In this document: positions 20,682-34,131 of the stretch, in pieces
Position numbering within the stretch: the first letter of the stretch is position 1
Layout of the letters: each line of letters begins with the position of its first letter
NCBI GenBank assembly: GCA_949358305.1
Contig: OX442314.1
Coordinates: 3,906,001-3,970,000 of the forward strand
DNA length: 64,000 bases
Origin: Strigamia acuminata
Lineage: Eukaryota
Direction of reading: 5' to 3'
Translations under genes and position numbers: made by a program
The notes under the pieces: generated by a model
What the model was told of the DNA's origin: nothing
Databases searched by the model: none
What the model saw: only the letters and a program-made list of their open reading frames with translations

Positions 20682-23600
20682 TTATGTGACCGATTCTTCG
20701 ACGACTCGCTGCTTGCGAGCAAAAGAGAGAAAAACTTGTTCCAGAGTTGCCTGACTCACGGAATAGTCTTCGAGATTAAACAGCGCTTTTGCCTTCTCCA
20801 TCGACTCGAAGAGGTACGCCCATTTGGTCTCTACGTCCCTAATTTGGTAATGCACGAGTCCCTAAAACAAATGAATAGAACTTAATACACAGTTTGCGGC
20901 AGCTACTTTTCCCTTATGCCGGGACTACTCGATTAAACGCCGGGCACTCAGCGGCAAGTTCAGCAATTGTCGGTGGCATCGAATAAACGCCGGGTCCCAA
21001 AAATGGGTGATTTTTCGCAAAAAGTCGAAGATTTTTGCGAAAGAATGAGCATTTTAAGCAAAAAAATCATCATTTTTAGCAAAAAAACCTCATTTTTTAG
21101 CAAAAAGTCATCATTTTAAACGGAAAATCGGCTATTTTTAGCCAAAAAAATCATCATTTTTAGCCATAAATCATCATTTTTAGCCAAAACTGATCATTTT
21201 AAACGAAAAATCGGCGATTTTTAGCAAAAAAATCATCATTTTTAGCCATAAATTATGATTTTTGGCTAAAAATGATAATCGTCATTTTAAACGAAAAATC
21301 GGCGATTTTTAGCAAAAAATCAGCATTTTTAGCAAAAAAAAATCATTTTTAGCAAAAAAAAATCATTTTTAGCAAAAAAAAATCATTTTTAGCAAAAAAA
21401 AATCATTTTTAGCAAAAAAAAATCATTTTTAGCAAAAAATCATCATTTTAAACGAAAAATCGGCGATTTTTAGCAAATAATCGGCGATTTTTCAGTTATG
21501 CGCCGGGCCCTACTAAGCGCCGGGCCTCGAATAAGTGCTAGGTGGGGCGAGTCGAAAAAACTATTAAACGCCCCGGCGTTTATTCGAGGCAGTACAGTAT
21601 ATTTCAAATTTCAGAAAGTAGATCCCGTTTGTTTATAAGAAAAATAAATAAAAACATCGTTTGGAGATCAAAATTGATCCTAGGTAAATGACACAATGTT
21701 AATTTAAATCTTTTTTTTTTATCTTACTTGGTGTATGTCCTGAAGAACGGCACTTGGAAATGTCTGCTCAATGTATGTCTGTAATTCCGTCTGCTTATTT
21801 GTCATTAGATTGATGGTCGAACTAGCACCGGGCTTGAGTTTGGCTAAAACTGTAAACCCCTGACTGAATTTGTTCTTCAGATGCTGGATCGGACCGAAAC
21901 ACTGAAACTGACCGTTCACCATAATGCCCACTCTGTTGCAGAGCACTTCACATTCCTCCATACTAGAAAATTTGTCCAAAATTAGTCAAAAATTTCATCA
22001 CTATCATTCACTACATTCATTTACCTATGCGAAGTCAAAACAACCGATATTCCCCGCCCGTTAGCGCTTCTTAGAATGTCCCATATTTTTCTCCTGGCGA
22101 CCGGGTCCACTCCGGTCGTGGGCTCATCCAAAAATACGACCGGCGGATCTCCGATGAATCCCATGGCTGCACTCAGTTTTCTTTTATTTCCACCGCTAAA
22201 TAAATAATTTTTTTTTAAAATAACTTTGTTCTAATCAGTTAAGTCTCTTTATTTCGAATACCTGTAGAAAAGCGTGATTTTATCGGCATGCTCGGTGAGG
22301 TCAAAGTCCACGATGTACTGATCGACAACCGCCTTTATTTGGGAACTGCAAATTCCACGAAGGTGAGCAAAAACGGTGAGGATTTCTCGTCCGGTCAAGT
22401 AATCGATGAGCGCATCAAATTGCGGACAATAACCAACTTGCTTTAAAAACTAAACCAAATATAGTTAGGTTAATGCACTTGGATGGATGAAAAACCTATC
22501 GGGGCTTACTTGTCCTCGCTTGTGCTGTACACTAGACCTGTTAATGTAAGCATCGCCGTGAGTGATGACCAAGTCGCCGGTAAGCATTTGAAATGTGGTC
22601 GTTTTGCCAGCGCCGTTAATTCCCAGCAGGCCAAAACATTCGGCGAAATGAACACCAAAACTCAAATCGTCAACGGCTGCAAAGTTGGAGAATACTTTCC
22701 TCAAGTCCTGCACCACCATAACATCGGTGTCGATGATGTCTGTATGGAAACGAAAAATGCTCTACAACTTTTCAATTGACATTGTTTCCTTTTAACGTTT
22801 GGAACAAACACCTTTCATTTACTTGTTAGTACAGGTCAACCCTTGCTATTGCCATCAAACAGTTGGTGATAACCAGAAATCATTGAAGTGAAATAATTTG
22901 TAATGGGAGAAATAAGAACAGGCAAACAACTACCGTATTTTATTGATTAAGAGCCACGGCTCTTATTCAAAACTGCCATTTTTGTCAGCAATTACAATTT
23001 CGGTTTTTCGTTCGTTACATTTGTTTAATGTAACACACAACCCAGTCTAAAGGTGGAAACACAAGGAAGCAGGTAAAATTCCAAAGCTTGCTAGCACAAG
23101 TTTAATGAGGAAGTCATTAGCTGCGTTCAATTCTAAAATAGCTTTCAAAAACTTTTTTTCATCGTTTTCCGAAAAGAGTTTTCAACATTGAGCAATGTTA
23201 TTACCAACAGCTTTCAACAGCTTTCAACAGCCACGGAGCATGCTCAGTCTGCACATGATCACATGACAAATCACAAAATGCATTCGTAATGTAAGTTTAT
23301 TTAAATTAATAGTATTATTATTATTCATTTAAGAACGGGAAATCAGCCGAACATCGGCCACATTCGATTGCACAGATCCGGCCAAAATCGGCAGCTTTCA
23401 AGCGCGCAAATGCGGCCGAAAAATTGCCCGCATTCGATCGCGCAAATGCGCCAAAATTGCCCGCATTCGATCGCGCAAATGCGCCAAAATTGCCCGGGTA
23501 TGCACATATGCAGCCGCATTTTATCGTTCTTAAAGGCATAATAATTCTACAAATAAATTAAATAAACTTACATTTTTGTGTGTGCTTCCACCGCCGATCT

Positions 23601-26600
23601 ATTCGATTACAAAATGGCGGCCCAGGAAAACAATTTGAAAACGACGAAAACCACGAATTTATGGTTTTCATGAAATCGGTTTTTAGGAAAACCGTTTTCC
23701 GAAATGTGACGTCAAATGCGTCTACATCCTGTGTGGGAAAACGGCGAAAACGAGGAAAACGGGGAAAACTGTTTAGAATTGAACGCACCTATTTACAAGC
23801 TCACTTGACCCACTTTTGGCTTACCAGCCAAAATCTCCTACAAGAATTTCCTCACGATTCTGATTGGCTGTCAAAGTCACATGACCAAAACGCCAGCAAG
23901 CTTAAAGCTGGTCAACCGAATTCAGTTTGAAAGGAGCGGGTGAGTACAAGATCGCTTCAAAACAAACCTTTGAATAAAAACGCAAGCTTGTGTTTGTTCA
24001 AGCAGGTGAGTTTTTAGCCGTTTTTTCAAGTAAAAGCAAGCTTTTAAATTTTACCCGCTTCCTTGTGTTTCCGCCTTTAAAAGCCCTGGTGTAGTTCACA
24101 CTTAAATCCCTTTTGTACAAAGTCTAATTTCTACACGTTTGTTCTGACTAGGGATGAGAACGGAACCGGAAATGGTCCCGATCCCGGTCCCGGTCCCGCA
24201 GCAGGATTTGGGACAGGACGGGACTGGATGAAACTGTATTCCACGGGATTCGGGACGGGACGGGACTTGTGTATTATGCGTGTAATACGTAATACGTGTG
24301 TATTACAACATAATACGCGTGTTTTTCAGACCCCGAAAAAGTGAAAATTTCTGGACACGGGACGGTCTGGGACCCGAAAAATTCACAATTTTCGGGACAC
24401 GGGACGGGTCAGGACTCAAAAATTGGTCCCGTTCTCATCCCTAGTTCTGACGTGTAGAAAAGCAATAACGTAAACATAAACAACTCACTTGGATCGTGAA
24501 TTCGCCGCTTTTCCGCAAGCACATCTTCATCTAACGCATTTCCCAGTCCGTCGAACGTGTTGACATTGTTTCTATTTCCAATCAATTGGTTTTTTCCCCG
24601 GCGAATTTTATACCAAAGCGTGTAGAAAATTCCCTGTTCGATGAGCGCCAAAATACCGAAATACAACACTCCGGTCACAGCCATCATGGTAACTTCCTGA
24701 CCAATTCCGGGATCATCCCACGCGAAATAATTTGGCTTCACATGAGGCAAAGGCAAACCAATAAAACTCATGAAAGCATTTTTAGATGAAAGCTGAACCA
24801 TTTTCATCAATGCCACGGTCACGGTGAAATTCGGTACAAGCCGAAACAGCCACTGAATGTCTCGTCCAATTTCCTTCAACGAATCGGAGCCGAATTGTTG
24901 GAACGTGTTGATGGTGATGCTCAAAATGATGCCGGCTAGCAAGTTAGCAATCGTCAGACGGCTGAATCCAGTTGCCGGAACCTTGGCCATGAACGAGACG
25001 ATGTAGGTAAAAGGAATCGAACACCAGCCGTACAATATGAGCAGTAAAATCACAACTCCTGCAAATTAAACACAATCAACTGAATAATTGTATGGGATAT
25101 TGAATGAATATAAGACCATGGTGTTATATTCAAATACAACACCATGGTCTTATTTTCGGTGAAAGATGGTTGGCAAAACAAGCAATAAAAAACTAAACCT
25201 TTGTTTACCTACCAAAAAAAAACCAAACTATGCTAACATTGTTTGATTGATTAAAAGTGGAAAAAGCTTACTTTGCAAATTATAAAATAAATAAAATCCA
25301 TCATTCTAATCACTTTTTAAACTAAAATACATTGAAAATAAACAGAACTACTTTTCCGCATTGCAGAGCACAGTCCACAGTTAGGTGTAAACTGGCTTAG
25401 CCAATAGGGGTTAGGACAACGTTGTGGTGGTTTTGAGTATAGGCACAGTTCCTAGGACCTACAAACTAGCAGGGATTCAGGAGGCATCCATAAAAAATTG
25501 TAATACATGTGCGGTAAAAATTTCAGACAAATGCTTCTAAAAATCAAAGTGCCTAGGGTCTACGAAGGTCTTAAAGTGGCCCTGGGAGTGTGCGCCTGCC
25601 TCTCTCATCCTGAGAGAAAGCTTACTTGCTCAACATTTTGCCAGTGGGAATCAGCGTTGACAGACGATCAGCCGCAATTAAGTCGATAAACATTACTGCC
25701 AACTTAACAGGTGCACTCTTTGCTTTATTCTATGGAAAATCAATCTCACCTTAGTCAAACGGCTCACCTTAAAGGTAGGTTCACACTTGTGTTCACACTA
25801 GACCCAACGCAAGAAAACTGACGCAACGCAAGCTGCTTGCGTCCAAAATTCTTGACATTGAAGCCAATTCCGGCTTTAACTCCCAAGTTGAAGCAAGCGA
25901 CGCAACGCAAGAAAAGGTCTTGCAGCCAACCAATCACGATCGACACCAATCACGATCGACTAAAACTCTCATCGATTCACGTCTGGTTGGCGAGACTTTG
26001 CCACATCCAAGCAGGCCGCTATTTTCAGATTCTGCAACTAGTTCTAGAACTAGATCCAATTCCAGGTTTCATTGAAACCATCTGATCAGCCAGACGCAAC
26101 ATCAATTGTTTCAGCTCTGTTTAAACGTGCCCTACGCGTATTTACAAACTGCAGACGCTACAGGAATCTTTGTGGCCAGGAGTGACTAATGCATCTGACG
26201 GAATTATTGACTCAAAACGGCAAGTTCCCTGCTCAGAGTGCGCTAACCTCATCTCCCTCACCTTAACAGGGTCAAATAAAACAAAACAAAGCAAAACAAA
26301 TCAAACTAAAACCCTCACAGATGATAAATTCAAAAATTCAACGGTGTTTGAGTTATTGATGCATTAGTCATTCCTGGCCACGGATTCCTGAAGCACAGGG
26401 ATTCCGGTAGCGTCTGCAGTTTGTAAATGCGCGTGCCCTACAGTGTGGTGAACAGACTCTGCATTGCGTTTGACTAATTTTTCCTTGCATTGATTTGCAT
26501 CGCCCCTAGTGTGAACACAAGTGTAAACACAAGTGTGAACCTAGCTTTATGCTGGGCGCACACATACCGCGATTTCGCATCGCGTTGCCATTGCGCATTC

Positions 26601-29600
26601 GCAAATGACGTCATTTCCTTCGCGCCGGTTTGAAATCTGCTTTTGAAAATAGTACTTGTCTCAAGTACTATTTCACCCGCGATTCATGTCGCAGCCAATC
26701 CGTGAGCTGTGTGAAATGACGTCATTTCATCAACATTTTCAACCGAAATGGCGGGCAGGTTTTTCGGATCAGGAATGACGTCATAACATTGAAATAGCAA
26801 AGCTGGAATAGCTACATGTGTGTAGCATTGCGTGCAATTCAGAGGGCGATTTCGCCAGCGAAATCGCGACGCGATGCGAAATCGCGGTATGTGTGCGCCC
26901 AGCATAACCCAGTGGTTCTTAACCTTTTTGGAGAAACCAGCACCCCCTAGGATGCATTGCACCCCTGGTTAAAAACCACTGGCCTACTCCTTTCCCAAAT
27001 AAAATAATATTTCCTTTAAAAATTGAAACTAAATAAGATGTTACCAGTTTTCTCTCCGCCAGTGAACGTCCCCGTCTGGTCTACGGTGGAAAAAAGTATC
27101 ATGAGCAAAATAGAGCAAATAATGTGCGTAGCATAATCCCAAACGAAAGAAGCGGCCCAGAAAACAGCGCCGTCGACGCCGGTCATGAGTTGCAGATGTT
27201 TGGACTTGGTGGCCCGCTCGTGGATCGGAAACACGATGAACGACGAAGAGAGAAACGAAAGCCCGACCGGCACAAACACGCCCAGCATGATCGACTTCAC
27301 CATCTGTATGATGGCGGCGATGGGGAAGTTGCTCTTCTGGTCCGTCTCCAAAGGCGCGTTCTCGACGACCAACGACACGTTTTCCGTCTTGTTGTAATGT
27401 CTCGCCATCGCGTTGTGCAACAAATTGAGCGCTAGCGGTTCGGTGTGGTAGAAGAGCCCGTTGTACCACAAGTTCATCTTGGTTTTGTCGCCGGACTCGC
27501 TGAAATTGGCTCCGACGATGTATTTGTTGGAATAATCGATGAAGTGCTTCTGGCTGAGTTCCTTCAGGTAGTCCATGGCGTCGCCGCTGACGTTGACGAA
27601 CGTGGTGTCTGTCGGGAACGAGGAATGGTAATAGTATTCGTAATCTTCGTTGAGGTTTTTTTGGAAAACCGTGGTGGCGCCGTACTGCGATATGTCCATG
27701 GTTAATGCGGGTAAGGAGGTGGGAGTTAAATCCAGTCTGTTGTTGACTATCAGGACGGTTGTTATCATTATGACTGGTAAAAGAATCTGTTGAAATAGAA
27801 TAAGTTAAATTATATGAATTGTTGAATTATAATTTCATATAATATTCATATATATTTCAATATATGTCAATTATATTGAAATTGTTGAAATAATAATAAT
27901 ATTGTTGAAATTGTATTTTTTATTGGTGAAATTGTATTTTTTATTGTTGAAATTGTATTTTTTATTGTTGAAATTGTATTTTTTATTGTTGAAATTGTAT
28001 TTTTTATTGTTAAAATTGTATATTTTATTGTTGAAATTGTATTTTTTATTGTTAAAATTTTATTTTTTATTGTTGAAATTGAAATCGCCAATTTGGCACA
28101 AAATCTTTTAAAAATCGCCAATTTGGGACAAAATCCTTTAAAATCGCCAATTTGAGACAAAATCTTTTAAAAATCGCCAATTTGGGACAAAATCTTTTAA
28201 AAATCGCCAATTTGGGACAAAATCTTTTAAAAATCGCCAATTTAGCACAAAATCTTTTAAAAATCGCCAATTTGGGACAAAATCTTTTAAAAATCGCCAA
28301 TTTGGGACAAAATCTTTTAAAAATCGCCAATTTGGGACAAAATCTTTTAAAAATCGCCAATTTGGGACAAAATCTTTTAAAAATCGCCAATTTAGCACAA
28401 AATCTTTTAAAAATCGCCAATTTAGGACAAAATCTTTTAAAAATCACCAATTTGGGACAAAATCTTTTAAAAATCGCCAATTGGGAGCTCGTCTATGCAG
28501 TCCCCATTTAATGGTTATGCCCATCTTCGATTTGATCATCGCCAATTTTTTCTTACTTGAGCTAACAGCAAGACCCAACGGCGTTTCGAATAATACCATC
28601 GTTTCAAGAGCAACGCCGTAAACGGTTGCATCCACGAATTAAAACCCGTTGATCGTTGGATGCCGCTCACTCCGTTTCCAACTGCAACTGCAAAAATCAA
28701 ATTTAAAAAAACAACACTTTATTTATTATTATTTTTTACAATATATTTACCATAATTACCAGTATAATGAAGTAAATTAGCGTTCGATTGATTTTGCTGG
28801 ATCACGCCGTTGTTGACGCTGCTGCCGCTGCTTTCCTTGACGCTTTCGCCAACCTTGAGAAAAACTTCTTCCATCGTGGTGACGCAAATGCCGAAGTTAT
28901 TCATGCCGAGTTTTGGCGCGTTTGATTCGAGGTGCTTAAACATGTCGGCGAATGTGTTCGAGGATTCCGAAGGAAGGATGAGACTTAGTTCGGTCGCGTT
29001 GTCGGATTTGATCACGACTCCCGGAACGTGTTGCTGCACCAACGCGCAAATGCGGTTTACATCGCAATGGTCGGCTTTGCTGATATTCAAATGGTATCCG
29101 GCACCTAGAAATTAATCGTTTGGAAAATGTAATGGCATTTTTAAACGTGTGCTAAATAAACATGGAAAACCATTGAAAAGTACTGAATAAATGTTGACAA
29201 ATGTTGAATAAATATCGAAGTGTGTTGGATAAATTTTGAGAAATGAAAAATAAATGGTGGGAAACGTAGAATAAACGTTAAGAAACATTGGAAAGCATTG
29301 GAAAACATTGAAAAAACATTGAAAACGTTTGAAAATATTGAAAAACATTGATAAAACATTGAAAAACATAGATAAAACATTGAAAAAACATTGAAAACGT
29401 TGGAAAATATTGAAAATCATTAATAAGACATTGAAAACGTTAGAAAATACTAAAAAACATTGATAAAACATTGAAAAAACATTAAAAACGTTGGAAAACA
29501 TTGGAAAACATTGAAAAAACATTGGATAACATTGAAAAAACATTGGAAAACATTGAAAAAACATTGAAAAAGTTGGAAAAACATTGGAAAACATTGAAAA

Positions 29601-32600
29601 AACATTGAAAACGTTGGAAAATATTGAAAAAACATTGAAAACGTTGGAAAATATTGAAAATCATTAATAAAACATTGAAAAAACATTGATAACATTGGGA
29701 AACATTGAAAAAACATTAAAAAACATTGAAAAAACATTGAAAAACATTGAAAAAACATTGAAAAACATTGAAAAAACATTGATAAAACATTGGAAAAACA
29801 TTGGAAAACATTGAAAAACATTGGAAAACATTGAAAAAACATTGGAAAACATTGAAAAAACATTGGAAAACATTGAAAAAACATTGATAAAACATTAATA
29901 ACGTTGGGAAATATTGAAAATCATTAATAAAACATTGAAAAAACATTGATAACATTGGGAAACATTGAAAAAACATTGGAAAACATTGAAAAAACATTTG
30001 AAAACATTGAAAAAACATTGATAAAACATTGAAAAAACATTGAAAAGATTAAATAAGCAAAATTACCGTATCTTTTCTTCAAAAACAACGGAGAACCGCA
30101 ACACTCAATCTGCCCTCGTGCCATAATAGCGATCCTATCGCCCAGCACATCGGCCTCTTCCATAAAATGCGTGCTCAAAATAATGCACCGATCCTTCCTC
30201 GCTTCCTGCAGCAACTCCCAGATGGCTCTCCTCGCTTCCGGGTCCATCCCCGACGTCGGTTCATCCAACATAACTATCTAAAAACCCAAAAAAAAATCAT
30301 TCCAAAACTAAAACACAAAAAAAAAAAAATACTTTTGGATTTCCAATCAGAGCGATTCCCAAATTCAACTTCCGCTTCATTCCGCCGGACAACTGCATGG
30401 CAAGCGTGTTCCTCTTGTCCCACAGCTGCAGTTTGTGCATCAGGTTTGTCACTTCCGTGTTGAGTTTCTTGGCCGAATTGATCTTGAGTTGTCCGAAAAA
30501 CTTGAGGTGTTCGACCACCGTGAGCGTGCTGAACAGCATGTTGTGTTGGGGACACAGGCCGAGGTTCTCGCGAGCGAAGTCGATGTTGGTTCGTATGTCG
30601 TATCCGTTCACGATGGCCGTTCCGCTCGTGGGGGGGAACATTCCCGTCAGAATGGACATCGTGGTGGTTTTCCCGGCGCCGTTGTGACCGAGTAGAGCCG
30701 TTATTTGGCCCTCGTAGATGTTGAGACTCAAATTGTCCACGGCGGTTTTTCCTTTGCCGTAATTCTGGGGACGAGAAAAAATTAATTTGACTGGAAAATC
30801 AGTTTAAATATTTGTGTTACAATCGTGTGATGATGTTTTATAAGCAAAAAAAAAGTGAAAAACGCACTTTTTAGGCACGAAATGACTACAAAAGTAGAAA
30901 AATCACTTTTTAGACGTAGAAATTAAATTTTTTTTAACCTAAAAATTTAATTTTAAGCAATAAATTCACTTTTCAGACGCTTAAATTTAATTTTTACGTG
31001 CAAAAAACCAAATACTTAAACAAAAATCAACAAAATGGCATATTTCCAGTAAAAAAATTCACTTTTAGACGCGTTATCGGCCGTTTTAGACCCAAAAATC
31101 AAACTTTCCATGTGAAAATAAAATTACTTTAGTTAAATTTCTTATTGCAATAGCCGTATCGAGACCGCTCGGTTCCTTTTCAAAGTTCATCGAGTTTAAA
31201 TTATCAACGTCACCTTCTTCCGAATGCATCTGTTCGATTCTGCACCAATAATCCTTCTGCAAAAAAAATAAATAAATAAAATAAAAATAATATAAATAAC
31301 TTTTCTCAAAAATAATTACCGTGAATAAAAAATACCAAGGTTTTCCAACCCCGTAAATCCCAGGAAACACATTGTCCAAATACCACGTTAAACCGCCATA
31401 GAGAAAAATATCGATAATAAACATCATAATTATATACGCCATCGTTAGATCGTCGCCTTGGTAACTCGGTTCGTTTAAATTAGTCCAATTAATCCCGATA
31501 CCTGCAATTATTAATTAGTTTATTCAATAAAACCCAATTAAACTGAATTAAATTGAAATAACTCACTTCGGCCTTCGAAAGCGACGATAAAGCGAACCGC
31601 CCACGCCATCGCCATGTTTGGGAAAATGGCGACGAGCAGTTTCGATGAAATATTCAAATCGTGGTAGCTTCGAGACATCAAATTGAACGGGATGGAGAAG
31701 GTGAGCACCCAGGCGAGCACCCCGATGGCTGTGGCGATCGTGGCTGCGAAAATTAATTTTAATTTTAATTGTAATTTTGATTTTATTTAGATTTTATTTA
31801 GATTTTATTCCGCGTACGTTTTGAAAAGAAGCAGGAAATGAAGAAACAAAAGAAAATGGCACTCGTGATGTATAAAACGAAAATAAATAATATTAATTCG
31901 GGAGATGAGTAAGATAGGACCGAGTATTCCTGCAGTTTGGAACACAAAAAGAAGACGATTATAATAGAGCTGATTAGCATCATGACGAATGAACTAATGA
32001 ACCAGCCGATCCATTGCAGCCAGCCGGGTAGACCCATCAGTTTCATTAATTCCTGAAACATTAAATTCGACATTTTTAGTATTTTTCAGATTTTGAAAAT
32101 TTAAAATTGAAAAGAAAAAAAATTAAAAAAAAAAAAAGAAATTTATTTAATTGTGTTGACTCAATGTTGATTAAAACTAGTCATTAATAAAGATAAGCAA
32201 CTGTTGGTAGATGAAGAAGATAAAACAAACTGTAATAGTCTTTTATAAACGAAGTTCTGATAAAATTAAATCAGAATTTCATTTTTTTTTGTTATTTTTA
32301 AATTTTTTTCCGTTTATTTTCAATTTTTTTCGCTTTTTTCAATTTATTTTCGTTTATTTTCAATTTTTTTCCGTTTATTTTCAATTTTTTTCGCTTTTTT
32401 TCAATTTTTTTCCGTTTATTTTCAATTTTTTTCCGTTTATTTTCAATTGTATAACATCAACAAATAAATGATGTTATTTAGTAACATTAGTTATTTGTTA
32501 TTCATACAATTATTATTTTACGTCATATCTTCGTAAAATTTGCAATTTTTTTCGTTTTTTTCAATTTTTTCCTTCCCTAAAAATAATAATTTAATTTATT

Positions 32601-33565
32601 TCTTAAATAAATAACCTATCACCTTAACACCCATTTCCTTTTCCCGCACAATATATTTAATGAGCGTCGGCGAAATAAAGACGAAACTGAGAACGATAAA
32701 AAGCGGCAACGTATTCTGAAGAAAATCTGAAAAACCGTTATCCTGGTAATAAGGTGGGTAGGGAAATTTTTGCGTCGTTATCTAAAAACAAAAAATAAAA
32801 TAAATAAATATATCTTTTTCAAATTTTAATATTTACCTCGAATTGAGACGAATCAAAGCTGCTCGAAGTTAATTCCATAAACCGTAAAGCGATATTATGT
32901 TGTAGAATCATAAACGTATCATAGTTAACTTAAAAAATATATATAAATTATAAAATTTTAAAAATTCTAAATCCAAATTTCTCTTACTGAAACTCGGCAA
33001 CGGTCCGGGTTTAGAAATGGCGGGCGCCAACAAATTAGTTTTCCAGTCGACATTTGAATCGGGCATTCGTATCCGATAATGAAGTAGACTGGGAATCGAT
33101 TTATTGTCCATACCAACGAAGCTAATTCCACCCAAAATCTTTTTTTTCGTAGCATTACGTGCAAGTTGTTCCATAATTTCTTCATTTTCAACACTTTGTA
33201 ACGTAACTAAACAAAAAAAAACGATAAAAACAAATATAAACACAAACAAACAACAAAAATCGATCGTTCTTACTCCTCCCGTCCAAATTCCGCAGTAACT
33301 CGCGACAACTGTCGAAATCCGGCGTATACAAAAGCGTATAAGTGTTTTTATACCTCAAAACATCGCTCACATTTTCCGTGGGATAGACAGTGAAATTATC
33401 GATATAAGTAACTTTGAAAGCATCGCCGCCCAAATTTCGTATGACCATCATCAATACGGCGAAAAGAGTGGGCAACAACACTTCGAAACATGTCATTATA
33501 TATTGACGTTTACGGAAAAGCCAGCTCTTCCATAAAATGACTCGCAGTTTCCTCCACGTCCCCAT
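20682..33565 (-). CDS. ABC transporter subfamily A (ABCA3-like), multi-exon, apparently complete
   Basis: N-terminus [20 protein letters not shown]; Walker A GHNGAGKT and [35 protein letters not shown]; last exon 20861-20682 ends [28 protein letters not shown]. Confidence 0.93.
20925..21599. mobile_element. Tc1/pogo-like MITE remnant with internal ~20-bp minisatellite
   Basis: Right end ccggcgtttattcgaggcagtacagTA; inverted cgaataaacgccggg copies on the left; aaaaatcatttttagc array ~21050-21490. Confidence 0.45.
23051..24076. mobile_element. Non-autonomous DNA transposon, Kolobok-like
   Basis: ~40-bp TIRs AGGTGGAAACACAAGGAAGC / GCTTCCTTGTGTTTCCGCCT flanked by CTAA and TTAA. Confidence 0.65.
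24149..24443. mobile_element. hAT-type MITE
   Basis: TIRs TAGGGATGAGAACGG / CCGTTCTCATCCCTA; perfect 8-bp TSD GTTCTGAC. Confidence 0.9.
25773..26546. mobile_element. PIF/Harbinger-type MITE
   Basis: TIRs AGGTAGGTTCACACTTGTG / CACAAGTGTGAACCTAGCT; TAA/TTA flanks. Confidence 0.7.
26550..26904. mobile_element. PIF/Harbinger-type MITE
   Basis: ~35-bp perfect TIRs TGCTGGGCGCACACATACCGCGATTTCGCATCGCG; TTA/TAA flanks; abuts the previous MITE. Confidence 0.85.
26910..26981. mobile_element. Tiny hAT/Charlie-like element
   Basis: CAGTGGTTCTTAACC ... GGTTAAAAACCACTG; TSD unclear. Confidence 0.55.
27900..28482. repeat. Two adjacent intronic minisatellites (21-bp and 30-bp units)
   Basis: (ttgaaattgtattttttattg)n followed by (aaaatcgccaatttgggacaaaatctttta)n. 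Confidence 0.95.
29275..30045. repeat. Intronic minisatellite (aaaacattg)
   Basis: Visible tandem array. Confidence 0.95.
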
Positions 33566-34131
33566 GTTTAAAATCGAATTGGAGTCCTGAAAACATAAAT
33601 AAAAAATGATAAAAAAAATAATAAAAAAGTGAAGAAATGAAAGAAAAACGAAAAAAATGTAAAAAATTAAATTTTTTGGATTTTTACGGTTCTTACCAAT
33701 GTGACTGAACCTACTTTTATGGAAACGTCGCTCCGTTCATCGTTGTGCAACGGCTGATAAGTAAACCGACGTTTTATCATGGGAAAAAAGGTTTGGTCTC
33801 GTGATGATGGAATATCGACGTTATCGCTAAAAGAGGAAAAACCATTATGAGAAAACAGGTGCTTTTCCTTGTTTTTTACGTATTGAAAAGCCTCGATGAG
33901 TCAGATTCGTGTGTCTGCAGTTCTATTTTATTTAAAACGAAAGCAGGAAACGATTAATTTTCAATTCTTCCTTCATCACTCGCCGGTTTCTTCACGTCAC
34001 GAGCGGGGAATGTTTACCGTGGATCCGGTGTAAATAGCAATTCGTTTTTAATTTTGCCACCAGAGTGCGGGGGATCGCGATGGCCGCCATTGATCGTGTG
34101 TTGTTTTGGAAATGATAAGTCGGTTTAGATA

